DNA of 64,000 nucleotides from Escherichia coli (GTDB lineage Bacteria; Pseudomonadota; Gammaproteobacteria; Enterobacterales; Enterobacteriaceae): NCBI RefSeq assembly GCF_003018255.1, contig NZ_CP027440.1; one strand, 5' to 3'. Shown piece by piece: positions 54,797 to 64,000 of this stretch (position 1 is its first letter; each line of letters starts with the position of its first letter). The notes under the pieces were generated by a model. It saw only the letters and a program-made list of their open reading frames with translations, ran no database searches and was not told where the DNA came from. The position numbers and the translations under genes were made by a program.

Positions 54797-56335
54797 TTAT
54801 TCTGAAGCGAGAAATTTGTCGAGATAAGGTACAACATAAGGAACAGAAGTCTGGAATATACCATTTTCAATCCAGTAAAGGGTGTTTGCCCCTGGGCGTA
54901 AATTAAAGGCGGTGAGATATGCATCAGCTGCTTCCCGGTTCATCCCCTTCATTTCATAAACCTTGCCAAGCAACACATAATTTAGCCAGGACATTTCAAG
55001 ATCAATGCCAGTATTTATCGCCTGATAAGACTCATCTGTTTTACCTTTTACCAGGGCACTGACCGCTTTTATTTGATATATAATGGACAGGTTGTTCAAT
55101 TCCGGCAGTGTAACAATGTTATCTATTTCTGTGTTAAGTGCTGCTAATTGTTTTTCGTCTAAAGGATGTTGAGAATGGCGCACGATATCAACTAATGCTT
55201 TTTCTGCTCTCGCGTAGGTAAATTCTGGGGATGATTGAACAATCTCACCTAATAATTCACTGGCACGATCCAATGATTTATCATCACCATGCAGTAAATA
55301 ATCATGTGCCTGATAAAAATTAGTTAATAACGCACCACGATGCGGCAAAATTTGCTGGAGCATCTCCTGCATTCGTTGTGGCCACGGTTGGTTTAACGCT
55401 TTTGATAAACTCTCCAGTAAATCATTTTGAATCGCCAGCTGATTACCGTTAGTGATGACATAACGTTTATCCAGCATGGTTGAACCATCTGCATTGTCTA
55501 CCAATTTTACCGACATAAAGCATTGTTGAGCACGGTATTGGCGCTGATTAACAAACGCAATAGATAATGTTTTACCGGAACTGCTCGGTTCATCAATGTT
55601 GTAGTTGATTTTGTCATGCACCATAAAGGTGGAGAAGGTGTTAAGTGATGTCGCCACCAAATCACCCACGCCTATCGCGTAAGAGAGCTGATACGGGGAA
55701 CTCCAGCTGTTACAACTTTTATTTACCATATTAATGTCAATATCGCGTGGATTGAGCAAAATACGCGATTTGCTCATCGGAAGACGTGTATCAAGACTTG
55801 AAAACGCTACCAGTGCTACACAGATACCTAACGACAACAGGAAAAAAAACCATACCCAAAAGGTAGTGAATCGTTTGCTTTTAACTGGGGATTGTTCAGG
55901 TGGCGTTGCGGTGTTTTGAATGTTAAGACTGTGGGAGGGAGAATCTGTGGCAGGAACCGCCTCTGGTATAGGGGGAGGCGAAGATAGCATTATTTCCTCT
56001 CCCTCTTCTTCGCTGTACCAGATAACCGGCACCATTAATTTATAGCCGCGCTTTGGTACAGTAGCGATATAGACAGGACTATCTTCATCATTATCTTTTA
56101 ATGACTTACGTAGTTCTGAGATACTCTGCGTCACAACGTGATTGGTGACAATACTTCTCTTCCAGACATTATCGATAAGTTCATCCCTGCTAAGTACTTC
56201 GCCACTGTGTTGAGCAAAGAAAACCAGAAGGTCGATTAATCTCGGCTCAAGGGTAAGTTGACGCCCATTGCGGCTAATTTGGTTTATGGACGGAGTAACA
56301 AGCCATTCGCCAACGCGAACTACAGGTTGTTGCAT
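54797..56335 (-). CDS. cadC: ToxR-like membrane-integrated transcriptional activator CadC
   Basis: 512 aa with an N-terminal OmpR-type wHTH, one TM helix and a periplasmic sensor domain. Confidence 0.95.
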   Translation of the reverse strand: MQQPVVRVGEWLVTPSINQISRNGRQLTLEPRLIDLLVFFAQHSGEVLSRDELIDNVWKRSIVTNHVVTQSISELRKSLKDNDEDSPVYIATVPKRGYKLMVPVIWYSEEEGEEIMLSSPPPIPEAVPATDSPSHSLNIQNTATPPEQSPVKSKRFTTFWVWFFFLLSLGICVALVAFSSLDTRLPMSKSRILLNPRDIDINMVNKSCNSWSSPYQLSYAIGVGDLVATSLNTFSTFMVHDKINYNIDEPSSSGKTLSIAFVNQRQYRAQQCFMSVKLVDNADGSTMLDKRYVITNGNQLAIQNDLLESLSKALNQPWPQRMQEMLQQILPHRGALLTNFYQAHDYLLHGDDKSLDRASELLGEIVQSSPEFTYARAEKALVDIVRHSQHPLDEKQLAALNTEIDNIVTLPELNNLSIIYQIKAVSALVKGKTDESYQAINTGIDLEMSWLNYVLLGKVYEMKGMNREAADAYLTAFNLRPGANTLYWIENGIFQTSVPYVVPYLDKFLASE

Positions 56336-56910
56336 AATAGAAACTCATTCGAAAAGGGAATGGTGCAATGATAATTGGCATAACCTATTTTTACCATCTA
56401 TAGATGGGTTTATTTACATATTATTGGTGAATGCAAGACGTTATTTTTACCAGACATAAACTTCTTGATTACATAGTGTTGAGAAAGGATTTTACTGAGA
56501 ACCAGAAGTAATATTCCTTACCATCAAAATTCATCATCTTTGCCAAAGAAAAATGTTCAGAAAATAATCCATGGAAAATTGTCCGGAGCGCTTACTATTT
56601 TAATGGATTGTTAGTCTTTGCATGAGCAAACGGACTGATACATTTCTCTTTGTTCTCATTCAGAAAATCTCATCAGTTGGCGTTCTGCCCGATGTTGTGC
56701 TTTATGGGTGCGTTACGCTCCTGATGACGTCATTTGACGTTCAACAGCATCACGGGGCCGCACGACATTTCACGTCAGTCAGCGCTATAGCTCAGAAACA
56801 AATTTTCCCGAATTGGAATATGCCCGCAAATTGCTGGGGATGTGGGGAGAATCTGGTTGAGTTCGGTAGAATTGATTTGGCGGCAGGACGCTTAAATCGT
56901 GGCGTCCTGA

Positions 56911-56942
56911 AACGAAAAACGGACCTCCGTGGAGGTCCGTTT
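56911..56942 (-). terminator. pheU terminator
   Basis: AAACGGACCTCC..GGAGGTCCGTTT followed by TTTTCGTTT on the minus strand, 10 nt after the tRNA 3' end. Confidence 0.8.
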
Positions 56943-56951
56943 ATATGAATT

Positions 56952-57027
56952 TGGTGCCCGGACTCGGAATCGAACCAAGGACACGGGGATTTTCAATCCC
57001 CTGCTCTACCGACTGAGCTATCCGGGC
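56952..57027 (-). tRNA. pheU: tRNA-Phe (GAA)
   Basis: The reverse complement reads GCCCGGATAGCTCAGTCGGTAGAGCAGGGGATTGAAAATCCCCGTGTCCTTGGTTCGATTCCGAGTCCGGGCACCA. Confidence 0.97.
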
Positions 57028-57133
57028 AACGGGGCGCATTAAACCGTAATCTGCACATCTCGTCAACCTAATTTCAGTAAAAGCGATTCAACTGCTTAAG
57101 ATTGCGGCAAATCGCTTCTTTTCTGTGTTTCTG

Positions 57134-57733
57134 TCAGGTCAAAGCACCACCCTGGCGGCAGCGGGCGAAGCGCAGGATATCTTCCGCCAGCCGATGTGCG
57201 GTGTCGACATCCGCCTGGCTACGATTCACCAGCATTCGGCTTAAACAGCCTTCCAGCACCAGTTCCATCTGCTTTGCTACCATCGCCGGATCGTCAACTT
57301 CCAGTGTGGTTAACAGTTCGTGGGTGAAATCGTAGGCCGCGCTTTTTTGCTGATCGGCCAGTTGATGAATAGGGTGGCCAGGATCGGGATAAAACGTACA
57401 GGCAGCGATAAATAGACAGCCCGGATAGCGGTTGTTTTTAACGCACTCCGATAACGCCTGATAACGTGCCAGCAGCTTTTGTTCGGCGGTTTGCGTTTCG
57501 TCCAGCATCAGCTGACGACGCCAGGCATCTATCTGTTGGCTAAGATAACGCAGCGCATCGTAGAGGATTGCCTCTTTGTCTGGCCAGAAGCGGCGTAGCT
57601 CGTCCAGTGGGTAATCCACACGTTCAGCAACCATCTCAAGCGTGGTGTTGGCAATCCCTTGTAATTCTAATAATTTCAGGGCTTCTCCCAGTACATCTTC
57701 ACGTTGCACGCTATTTTCCTCCGTCTTTCCCAC
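57134..57733 (-). CDS. yjdC: TetR-family regulator YjdC
   Basis: Recognised sequence ...[30 protein letters not shown]. The true start may be the GTG 8 codons downstream (57709). Confidence 0.85.
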   Translation of the reverse strand: MGKTEENSVQREDVLGEALKLLELQGIANTTLEMVAERVDYPLDELRRFWPDKEAILYDALRYLSQQIDAWRRQLMLDETQTAEQKLLARYQALSECVKNNRYPGCLFIAACTFYPDPGHPIHQLADQQKSAAYDFTHELLTTLEVDDPAMVAKQMELVLEGCLSRMLVNRSQADVDTAHRLAEDILRFARCRQGGALT

Positions 57734-57745
57734 TGCAAGTGTCGT

Positions 57746-59443
57746 TCACGGTTGGCGATCGCGCAAATGTGCGCTGAAGGTTTCAGCATCCATAAAGCCC
57801 GTGACGCGTGCTTGTGGATGCTCCTGGCCTTGTCCGTCAAAAAAGAGAATTGTCGGTAGGCCAAGGACATTAAGATGCTTTAACAGCGCCACATCTTGTG
57901 CGTCGTTGGCAGTTACGTTAGCCTGAAGTAAGACCGTGTCTGCTAACGCTTTTTGCACCTGCGGGTCGCTGAAGGTGTATTTCTCAAACTCTTTACAGGC
58001 GACGCACCAGTCGGCATAGAGATCTAACATCACTGGTTTGCCTTTGGCTTCAACGAGCGCCTGATTTAACTCATCTACCGTTTTGATTTGTGTAAAGTTG
58101 AGATGCGTCTGAGTTTGCGCGGTATGTGTTGCACCAAATGCCCAATCCTGAAGTGGGCGCACGCTAACCAATGCCGCTGCCAGCAGGATTATTTGCACCA
58201 CGCGCATCCAGCCGCGTTTGGCCTGTAGGCTGGTGATAAAGGCCCAGCCAAAGAATGCGACACCAAGCGCCGACCACAAGCGTAATCCCCATATATCGCC
58301 AATCACTCGCTCCAGCAGGAAGACCGGCAGTGCGAGGATCACAAAACCAAACGCGGTTTTGACTTGTTCCATCCACGGGCCGCTTTTCGGCAGCAGGCGG
58401 TTACCAAAGACGGTTATTAGCATCAGCGGCAGGCCCATGCCCAACGCATAGAGATAAAGCGTGCCGCCCCCCAGCCACATGTTCCCGCTTTGGGCGATAT
58501 ACAACAGAATCGCGCTAAGCGGTGCGGTGGTGCATGGTGAACAGATCAGTCCGGCAATCGCTCCCATAACAAACACACCGCCAGGTGAGCCGCCCTGTTG
58601 GCGATTGCTCATCAGCGTGAGGCGCGTTTGCAGCGAAGAGGGGAGTTGCAGGGTAAACAAACCAAACATTGACATCGCCAGCAAGGTAAAGACGATGGCG
58701 AGGCCAATGAGCACGTATGGGTGCTGTAGCGCCGCCTGGAACTGTAACCCTGCGGCGGCAACTACCAGACCCAGCGCCGTGTAAGTCAGTGCCATCCCCT
58801 GCACATAAATAAAGGTCAGCAACAATGCTCTGGCAGTGGAGAGCCGCTGTTTACCACCCAGCACGATACCAGAAATCAGTGGGTACATTGGCAGCACGCA
58901 TGGCGTAAAGGCGATACCAATACCGATCAACAACGCCCAGAGCGCGGAAAAGGGCAATTGCGCGGTGGGCTGCTCTTGCTGCGGAACAGACACAGGCTGT
59001 GACGCTGCGTTGTTGGCGACCACTTCGCTTAACGGAACGGTTTTGGTTTCTGGCGGATAACAGAAACCGGCATCAGCACAGCCCTGGTAGGTGACAGTTA
59101 ACGTCGCTCCCGCACTCGCCTGGTTGATGGTTACGGGAAGCGTCAGCCGATCGCGGTAAATCTCGCTTTTGCCGTAAAACTCATCTTCATGCCAGACGCC
59201 TTGTGGCAGCTGCACGTTGGCAATTTTCGCGTGTTCCGGCGTAATGCGGATCTGTTTACGGTAGAGGTAATAACCGTCTTTGATCTGCCAGGTCAGATTC
59301 AGGTCATGTTGGTTTTGCTGAAAATCAAAAGCAAAGGCTTGATCCGCGGGGACAAATTGTGAACGTCCCGGCGCGTCGAATAATCCGGCAAAAACGGAAG
59401 TGCTGCAAAGTAGCAGGATCAGCGTAAAGATGCGTTGAGCCAT
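57746..59443 (-). CDS. dsbD: Thiol:disulfide interchange protein DsbD
   Basis: 565 aa from [20 protein letters not shown]. The track ORF has a 27-codon upstream extension. Confidence 0.95.
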
Positions 59444-59757
59444 GAGAGGTAATCTGTGTCTCCGTGTGTAACAGGTAAAACCAGAAGTTCCGGGGTTTGA
59501 TATGGATGATGAGACTTCAGGCATTCCAGCAGTGCCTGCTGGTGAGATACGGTAGTTTTTAAAATCATCTGCACTTCGTATTCTTGCTCCAGCTTACCTT
59601 CCCAGTAATAGAGAGAAGTAGCGCCGGGGATCAAGGTCGCGCAGGCCGCCAGTTTTTCCGCCAGCACTTTGGCGGCTAAATCCTGGGCTGTCGCTTCATC
59701 CGGTGCGGTACATAGCACCACGACAGACGCGGTATTCGAACTTTTTTCATCAAGCAT
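59419..59757 (-). CDS. cutA: Divalent-cation tolerance protein CutA
   Basis: 112 aa from [25 protein letters not shown]. It overlaps the dsbD start. Confidence 0.9.
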
Positions 59758-59872
59758 AAACACCTCGCAAGAACAGATGGAACCGCAAGAGAGAGGTCAC
59801 TATACAACGGACGGGGGAAGGATGTTAGTCGGCGGGAAAGAAAGCGGGGCGTGAACGCCCCGCGATTGATCA

Positions 59873-61174
59873 TTACAGCATGAAGCTACCCAGCACGAAG
59901 CCGAAGCAAACGGCCAGGGCAACACCCAGAGTACCCGGGATGAAGAACGGATGGTTGAAGACGAATTTACCGATACGGGTAGTACCCGTGTCATCCATCT
60001 GTACCGCAGCAACCAGCGTCGGGTAGGTCGGCAGAATGAACAGACCAGACACCGCAGCGAAAGAAGCAACAGCGGTCAGCGGAGAAACGTTCAGTGCCAG
60101 AGCCATCGGCATCAGTGCTTTTGCGGTTGCAGCCTGAGAGTACAGCAGAGCAGAAGCAAAGAAGAAGATGACGGCCAGCAGCCACGGATGACCCTGAATC
60201 ACTTCACCAGCGGTATCTTTGATCCAGTCGATGTTGTTGGAAACGAAAGTATCGCCCAGCCACGCAACACCCAGGATACAAATACAGGCGCTCATACCTG
60301 CTTTGAAGGTGCTGGAGTTGAGGATGTTGTCGGTATCGACTTTACAGATAACGGTGGTCAGAGTTGCAACGCTGAGCATGATGATCAGGATTGCGTTGGT
60401 GGTGTTCATCAGCGGTTTTTCAACCAGACCCATGCTTGGGCTGTTGATGATTGCATAGATAACAACGCCAACTACGCCCAGCAGGAACAGCCAGACGGAC
60501 GTTTTTGCACCGGATTTGATTTCAATCTGCTTTTCACCGCGCAGTTCAACCAGGCCTTCTTCCAGACGCTTGCGATAAATCGGATCGTCAGAGAGTTTGG
60601 AGTTGAACAGCATAGTGACCAGGAAGGACATCACCAGAACCGCCAGCAGGGTGGACGGGATGACCACGGAGAGCAGATGGAGGTAGCTGATGCCATGACC
60701 TTCCATTACGGAAGACATGTAAACCACTGCCGCTGAGATTGGCGATGCGGTGATCGCAATCTGCGCGGATACCACTGCAGTAGACAGCGGACGGCAAGGT
60801 TTAACGCCTTGTTCCTTCGCAACTTCAGCGATAACTGGCAGTGTCGCCAGAGAGATGTTGCCAGTACCAGCAAAGATTGTCAGGAAATAGGTCACGATCG
60901 GTGCGAGGATCGTGATGTATTTCGGGTTACGGCGCAGCAGCTTTTCTGTCTGATGAACCAGATAGTCCAGACCGCCAGCAACCTGCATGGCAGAAATAGC
61001 GGCGATAACCGCCATGATAATGGAAATGACATCGAACGGGATGTTACCGGGTTTAACGCCAATAGCGGCAAGAACCAGCACCCCCAATCCGCCTGCAAAA
61101 CCAATACCTATTCCCCCCAATCTGGCGCCCAAGAAGATCGCCAGCAAAACTATGATGAGTTCTACAACTAGCAT
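59873..61174 (-). CDS. dcuA: C4-dicarboxylate transporter DcuA
   Basis: 433 aa, downstream of aspA. Confidence 0.95.
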   Translation of the reverse strand: MLVVELIIVLLAIFLGARLGGIGIGFAGGLGVLVLAAIGVKPGNIPFDVISIIMAVIAAISAMQVAGGLDYLVHQTEKLLRRNPKYITILAPIVTYFLTIFAGTGNISLATLPVIAEVAKEQGVKPCRPLSTAVVSAQIAITASPISAAVVYMSSVMEGHGISYLHLLSVVIPSTLLAVLVMSFLVTMLFNSKLSDDPIYRKRLEEGLVELRGEKQIEIKSGAKTSVWLFLLGVVGVVIYAIINSPSMGLVEKPLMNTTNAILIIMLSVATLTTVICKVDTDNILNSSTFKAGMSACICILGVAWLGDTFVSNNIDWIKDTAGEVIQGHPWLLAVIFFFASALLYSQAATAKALMPMALALNVSPLTAVASFAAVSGLFILPTYPTLVAAVQMDDTGTTRIGKFVFNHPFFIPGTLGVALAVCFGFVLGSFML

Positions 61175-61240
61175 ATTAGCCTTCCTTGTTTTTTTAACAA
61201 GTTGATATTAGATTGTTATTTTTAAGTTACTGCTCACAAG

Positions 61241-61272
61241 AAAAAAGGCACGTCATCTGACGTGCCTTTTTT
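61241..61272 (-). terminator. aspA terminator hairpin
   Basis: AAAAAAGGCACGTCA-TC-TGACGTGCCTTTTTT, symmetric with T-runs on both strands. Confidence 0.75.
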
Positions 61273-61292
61273 ATTTGTACTACCCTGTACGA

Positions 61293-62729
61293 TTACTGTT
61301 CGCTTTCATCAGTATAGCGTTTTGCTTTGTAAGCCGGGTGCATCAGATTCTGTACGGAGAAAATATCGTCAAGTTCCGCTTCAGTCAACAGACCGCGTTC
61401 CAGAACGACTTCACGTACACTCTTACCGGTTTCGGCACAGATTTTACCCACGATGTCACCGTTGTGGTGACCGATGAACGGGTTCAGGTAAGTAACGATA
61501 CCGATAGAGTTGTAAACGTAACCTTCGCACACTTCTTTGTTAGCAGTGATGCCGTTAATGCATTTTTCCAGCAGGTTGTAGCAAGCGTTGGTCAGAATGT
61601 GAACGGATTCGAACATGGCCTGGCCAATGACCGGCTCCATAACGTTCAACTGCAGCTGACCTGCTTCTGCTGCCATGGTAACAGTGGTGTCGTTACCGAT
61701 GACTTTGAAGCATACCTGGTTAACCACTTCCGGAACAACCGGGTTTACTTTAGCTGGCATGATGGAAGAGCCCGCCTGCAGTTCCGGCAGGTTGATCTCG
61801 TTCAGGCCGGCACGTGGGCCTGAAGAGAGCAAGCGCAGGTCGTTACAGATTTTGGACATCTTCACAGCCAGGCGTTTCAGCGCGCCGTGAACCATAACAT
61901 AAGCGCCGCAGTCAGAGGTCGCTTCGATCAGGTCTTCAGCCGGTACGCATGGGAAGCCAGTGACTTCAGCCAGTTTTTTCACTGCCAGCGGAGAGTACTC
62001 TTTCGGCGTGTTCAGACCAGTACCGATTGCTGTTGCGCCAAGGTTAACTTCCAGCAGCAGTTCAGCGGTACGTTGGATGTTTTTCACTTCTTCTTTCAGC
62101 AGGATGCTGAAAGCGCGGAATTCCTGACCGAGGGTCATCGGTACTGCGTCCTGCAGCTGGGTACGACCCATTTTCAGGATGTCCTGGAATTCGACAGCTT
62201 TACGTTCAAAGCCTTCACGCAGTTGGTTAATCGCATCTACCAGCTTAATCAGGGAAGAGTAAACTGCGATACGGAAACCGGTCGGGTAGGCGTCGTTAGT
62301 GGACTGACATTTGTTAACATGGTCGTTCGGGTTCAGGTACTGATATTCACCTTTCTGGTGACCCATCAGTTCCAGACCGATATTGGCCAGCACTTCGTTG
62401 GTGTTCATGTTTACGGAAGTACCTGCGCCGCCCTGGTAGACGTCTACCGGGAACTGATCCATGCATTTTCCGTTGTTCAGGACTTCATCACATGCGGCAA
62501 TGATGGCATTCGCTACACTTTTAGGAATGGTTTGCAGCTCTTTGTTTGCCATAGCTGCGGCTTTTTTAACCATTACCATACCGCGAACAAATTCAGGAAT
62601 ATCACTGATTTTGTTGTTGCTGATATAGAAGTTTTCAATCGCTCTCAGAGTGTGAACACCATAGTAGGCATCAGCTGGAACTTCCCTGGTACCCAACAGA
62701 TCTTCTTCGATACGAATGTTGTTTGACAT
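61293..62729 (-). CDS. aspA: Aspartate ammonia-lyase
   Basis: 478 aa from [30 protein letters not shown]. The track ORF is extended by 15 codons. Confidence 0.95.
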
Positions 62730-62916
62730 GTGAACCTTCTTTTTCAAGCTGCCAATGATTTGCTTTAAACACACAGAATATATGTGGTTTCGAATGTTTT
62801 TCGACCGACGATTATCCCCTGCATCGACCGAATACCCGAGATCATATGCTGCTTGAGGATTTCTACCGTAATCTGGATCACTTTAAGTGTCGGTTTTTAC
62901 CCCTTAATTATTAATT

Positions 62917-62932
62917 TGTGAAATAGATCACC
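62917..62932. promoter_or_regulatory. CRP-like binding site upstream of aspA
   Basis: TGTGA-AATAGA-TCACC matches the consensus TGTGA-N6-TCACA. aspA is known to be CRP/FNR activated. Confidence 0.5.
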
Positions 62933-63065
62933 GCTTTGGGATTACTACCAAAAATAGTTGCGCAAACATCTTGAAATTTTGCTAATGACCACAATATAAG
63001 CTGAACGCGATTCGCAACCCATTCAGGTAGCCGGGTTTAACCGGCTGCTATTACAGGAGAAACCT

Positions 63066-63542
63066 TTGCGCTGGTTACCTTTTATTGCCATTTTCCTTTA
63101 TGTCTATATTGAGATTTCAATCTTTATTCAGGTTGCCCATGTATTGGGGGTATTGCTGACTCTCGTGCTGGTTATATTCACGTCAGTTATCGGTATGTCA
63201 CTGGTACGTAACCAGGGCTTTAAGAATTTCGTGCTGATGCAGCAAAAAATGGCGGCGGGTGAAAACCCAGCGGCGGAGATGATTAAAAGTGTTTCGCTGA
63301 TCATTGCCGGTTTGCTGCTTTTATTACCGGGCTTTTTCACCGACTTCCTCGGTCTTCTGCTTTTGTTGCCGCCGGTGCAAAAGCATCTGACAGTGAAGTT
63401 GATGCCGCATTTGCGCTTTTCTCGCATGCCAGGCGGCGGTTTTAGCGCCGGGACCGGTGGCGGTAATACTTTTGATGGTGAGTACCAGCGAAAGGATGAT
63501 GACCGCGACCGCCTTGATCATAAAGACGATCGCCAGGATTAA
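63066..63542 (+). CDS. fxsA: FxsA inner membrane protein (suppressor of F exclusion of T7)
   Basis: 158 aa, (TTG start) RWLPFIAIFLYVYIEISIFIQVAHVLG..., in K-12 synteny. Confidence 0.9.
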   Translation: MRWLPFIAIFLYVYIEISIFIQVAHVLGVLLTLVLVIFTSVIGMSLVRNQGFKNFVLMQQKMAAGENPAAEMIKSVSLIIAGLLLLLPGFFTDFLGLLLLLPPVQKHLTVKLMPHLRFSRMPGGGFSAGTGGGNTFDGEYQRKDDDRDRLDHKDDRQD

Positions 63543-63557
63543 TGTCGAAACGCCGGA

Positions 63558-64000
63558 TTATGTGGTTATGCCATTTTCCGGCGTTTTTCGTTTTGGCAGA
63601 AACAGCCATAACCCCGCCAGCATGATCAGCGCATAGAGACTTTTCCAGCCGACCATTGTCAGTAACAGAACGCATAACAGCCCGCCAACCACCGCCAGTA
63701 GTCGATAACGTCCTTGCAATAATTTACAGCCTGCCAGCATGCATAACAGATAAATCATAATAAAGATGCCATTGGCATAAATAATAAGAGCGTCCAGATT
63801 GATCTCTAAAGCATGAATCACCAAAGTGCTCACCACGCAGCAGCCGAGCACCGCATTGAGGGCATTATTCGGGATATGGCGAGAAGAGAGGCGTGACAGG
63901 TAGTGGTCAGGATTATGTTGCGCCTGCGACCAGACCAGGCGGGCGAAGCTCTGTATATAAATGTTGAGACTGGCAAAGCAGGCCAGATAGCCAATCACGC
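63558..64000 (-). CDS. yjeH: YjeH amino-acid exporter, C-terminal part (gene continues beyond the window)
   Basis: The open frame runs to the window edge, is polytopic, and sits in K-12 synteny after fxsA. Confidence 0.8.
   Translation of the reverse strand, partial: VIGYLACFASLNIYIQSFARLVWSQAQHNPDHYLSRLSSRHIPNNALNAVLGCCVVSTLVIHALEINLDALIIYANGIFIMIYLLCMLAGCKLLQGRYRLLAVVGGLLCVLLLTMVGWKSLYALIMLAGLWLFLPKRKTPENGITT

Noticed and set aside
56336-56951. Possible island or integrase remnant at pheU, and the 108-aa ORF 56622..56948
   Set aside because: pheU is a known island integration site, but only ~615 bp separate it from cadC. I could read no integrase-like frame on either strand. The 108-aa ORF has no RBS and overlaps the tRNA terminator hairpins. 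The site looks unoccupied.

Overview
The window is Escherichia coli chromosome covering mel, yjdF, fumB, dcuB, dcuRS, yjdIJ, ghoST, lysU, dtpC, cadCBA, pheU, yjdC, dsbD, cutA, dcuA, aspA, fxsA and yjeH. All were recognised from translations and synteny. The first 39 kb is an apparently complete Mu-type transposable prophage (about 160..38999, phage map reversed) inserted inside melA. The two melA halves flank it and AACG is repeated at both junctions. The prophage shows the full Mu gene order: XRE-type repressor, ner, transposase A, B, about 18 small early genes including gam, gemA and mor, a SAR endolysin with overlapping spanins, terminase, portal, F, G, I, T, sheath, tube, tape measure, N, P, baseplate, an S/U invertible segment, gin, and com-mom. 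Beyond this backbone, the parts I consider most worth follow-up are listed here.
- A cargo island lies between gin and com-mom. It holds a 682-aa SASA/NanS-p-like esterase with a lectin-like C-terminus, two small proteins (one missing from the ORF track), and a convergent zinc-ribbon micro-gene framed by two hairpins.
- An AT-rich, translationally coupled islet of four small genes sits in the early operon. It contains a G11 homopolymer inside a membrane-protein ORF and is preceded by a triple-HTH protein and a paralog-flanked three-gene cassette.
- A tRNA-like element lies antisense in the F-G spacer.
- The G-type invertible segment is asymmetric: two fiber tips but only one chaperone.
- melB is precisely absent next to the prophage.
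No CRISPR array, reverse transcriptase or large defence enzyme was seen. All domain assignments come from motif recognition by eye and need HMM or BLAST confirmation. Coordinates of non-ORF features may be off by a few nt.
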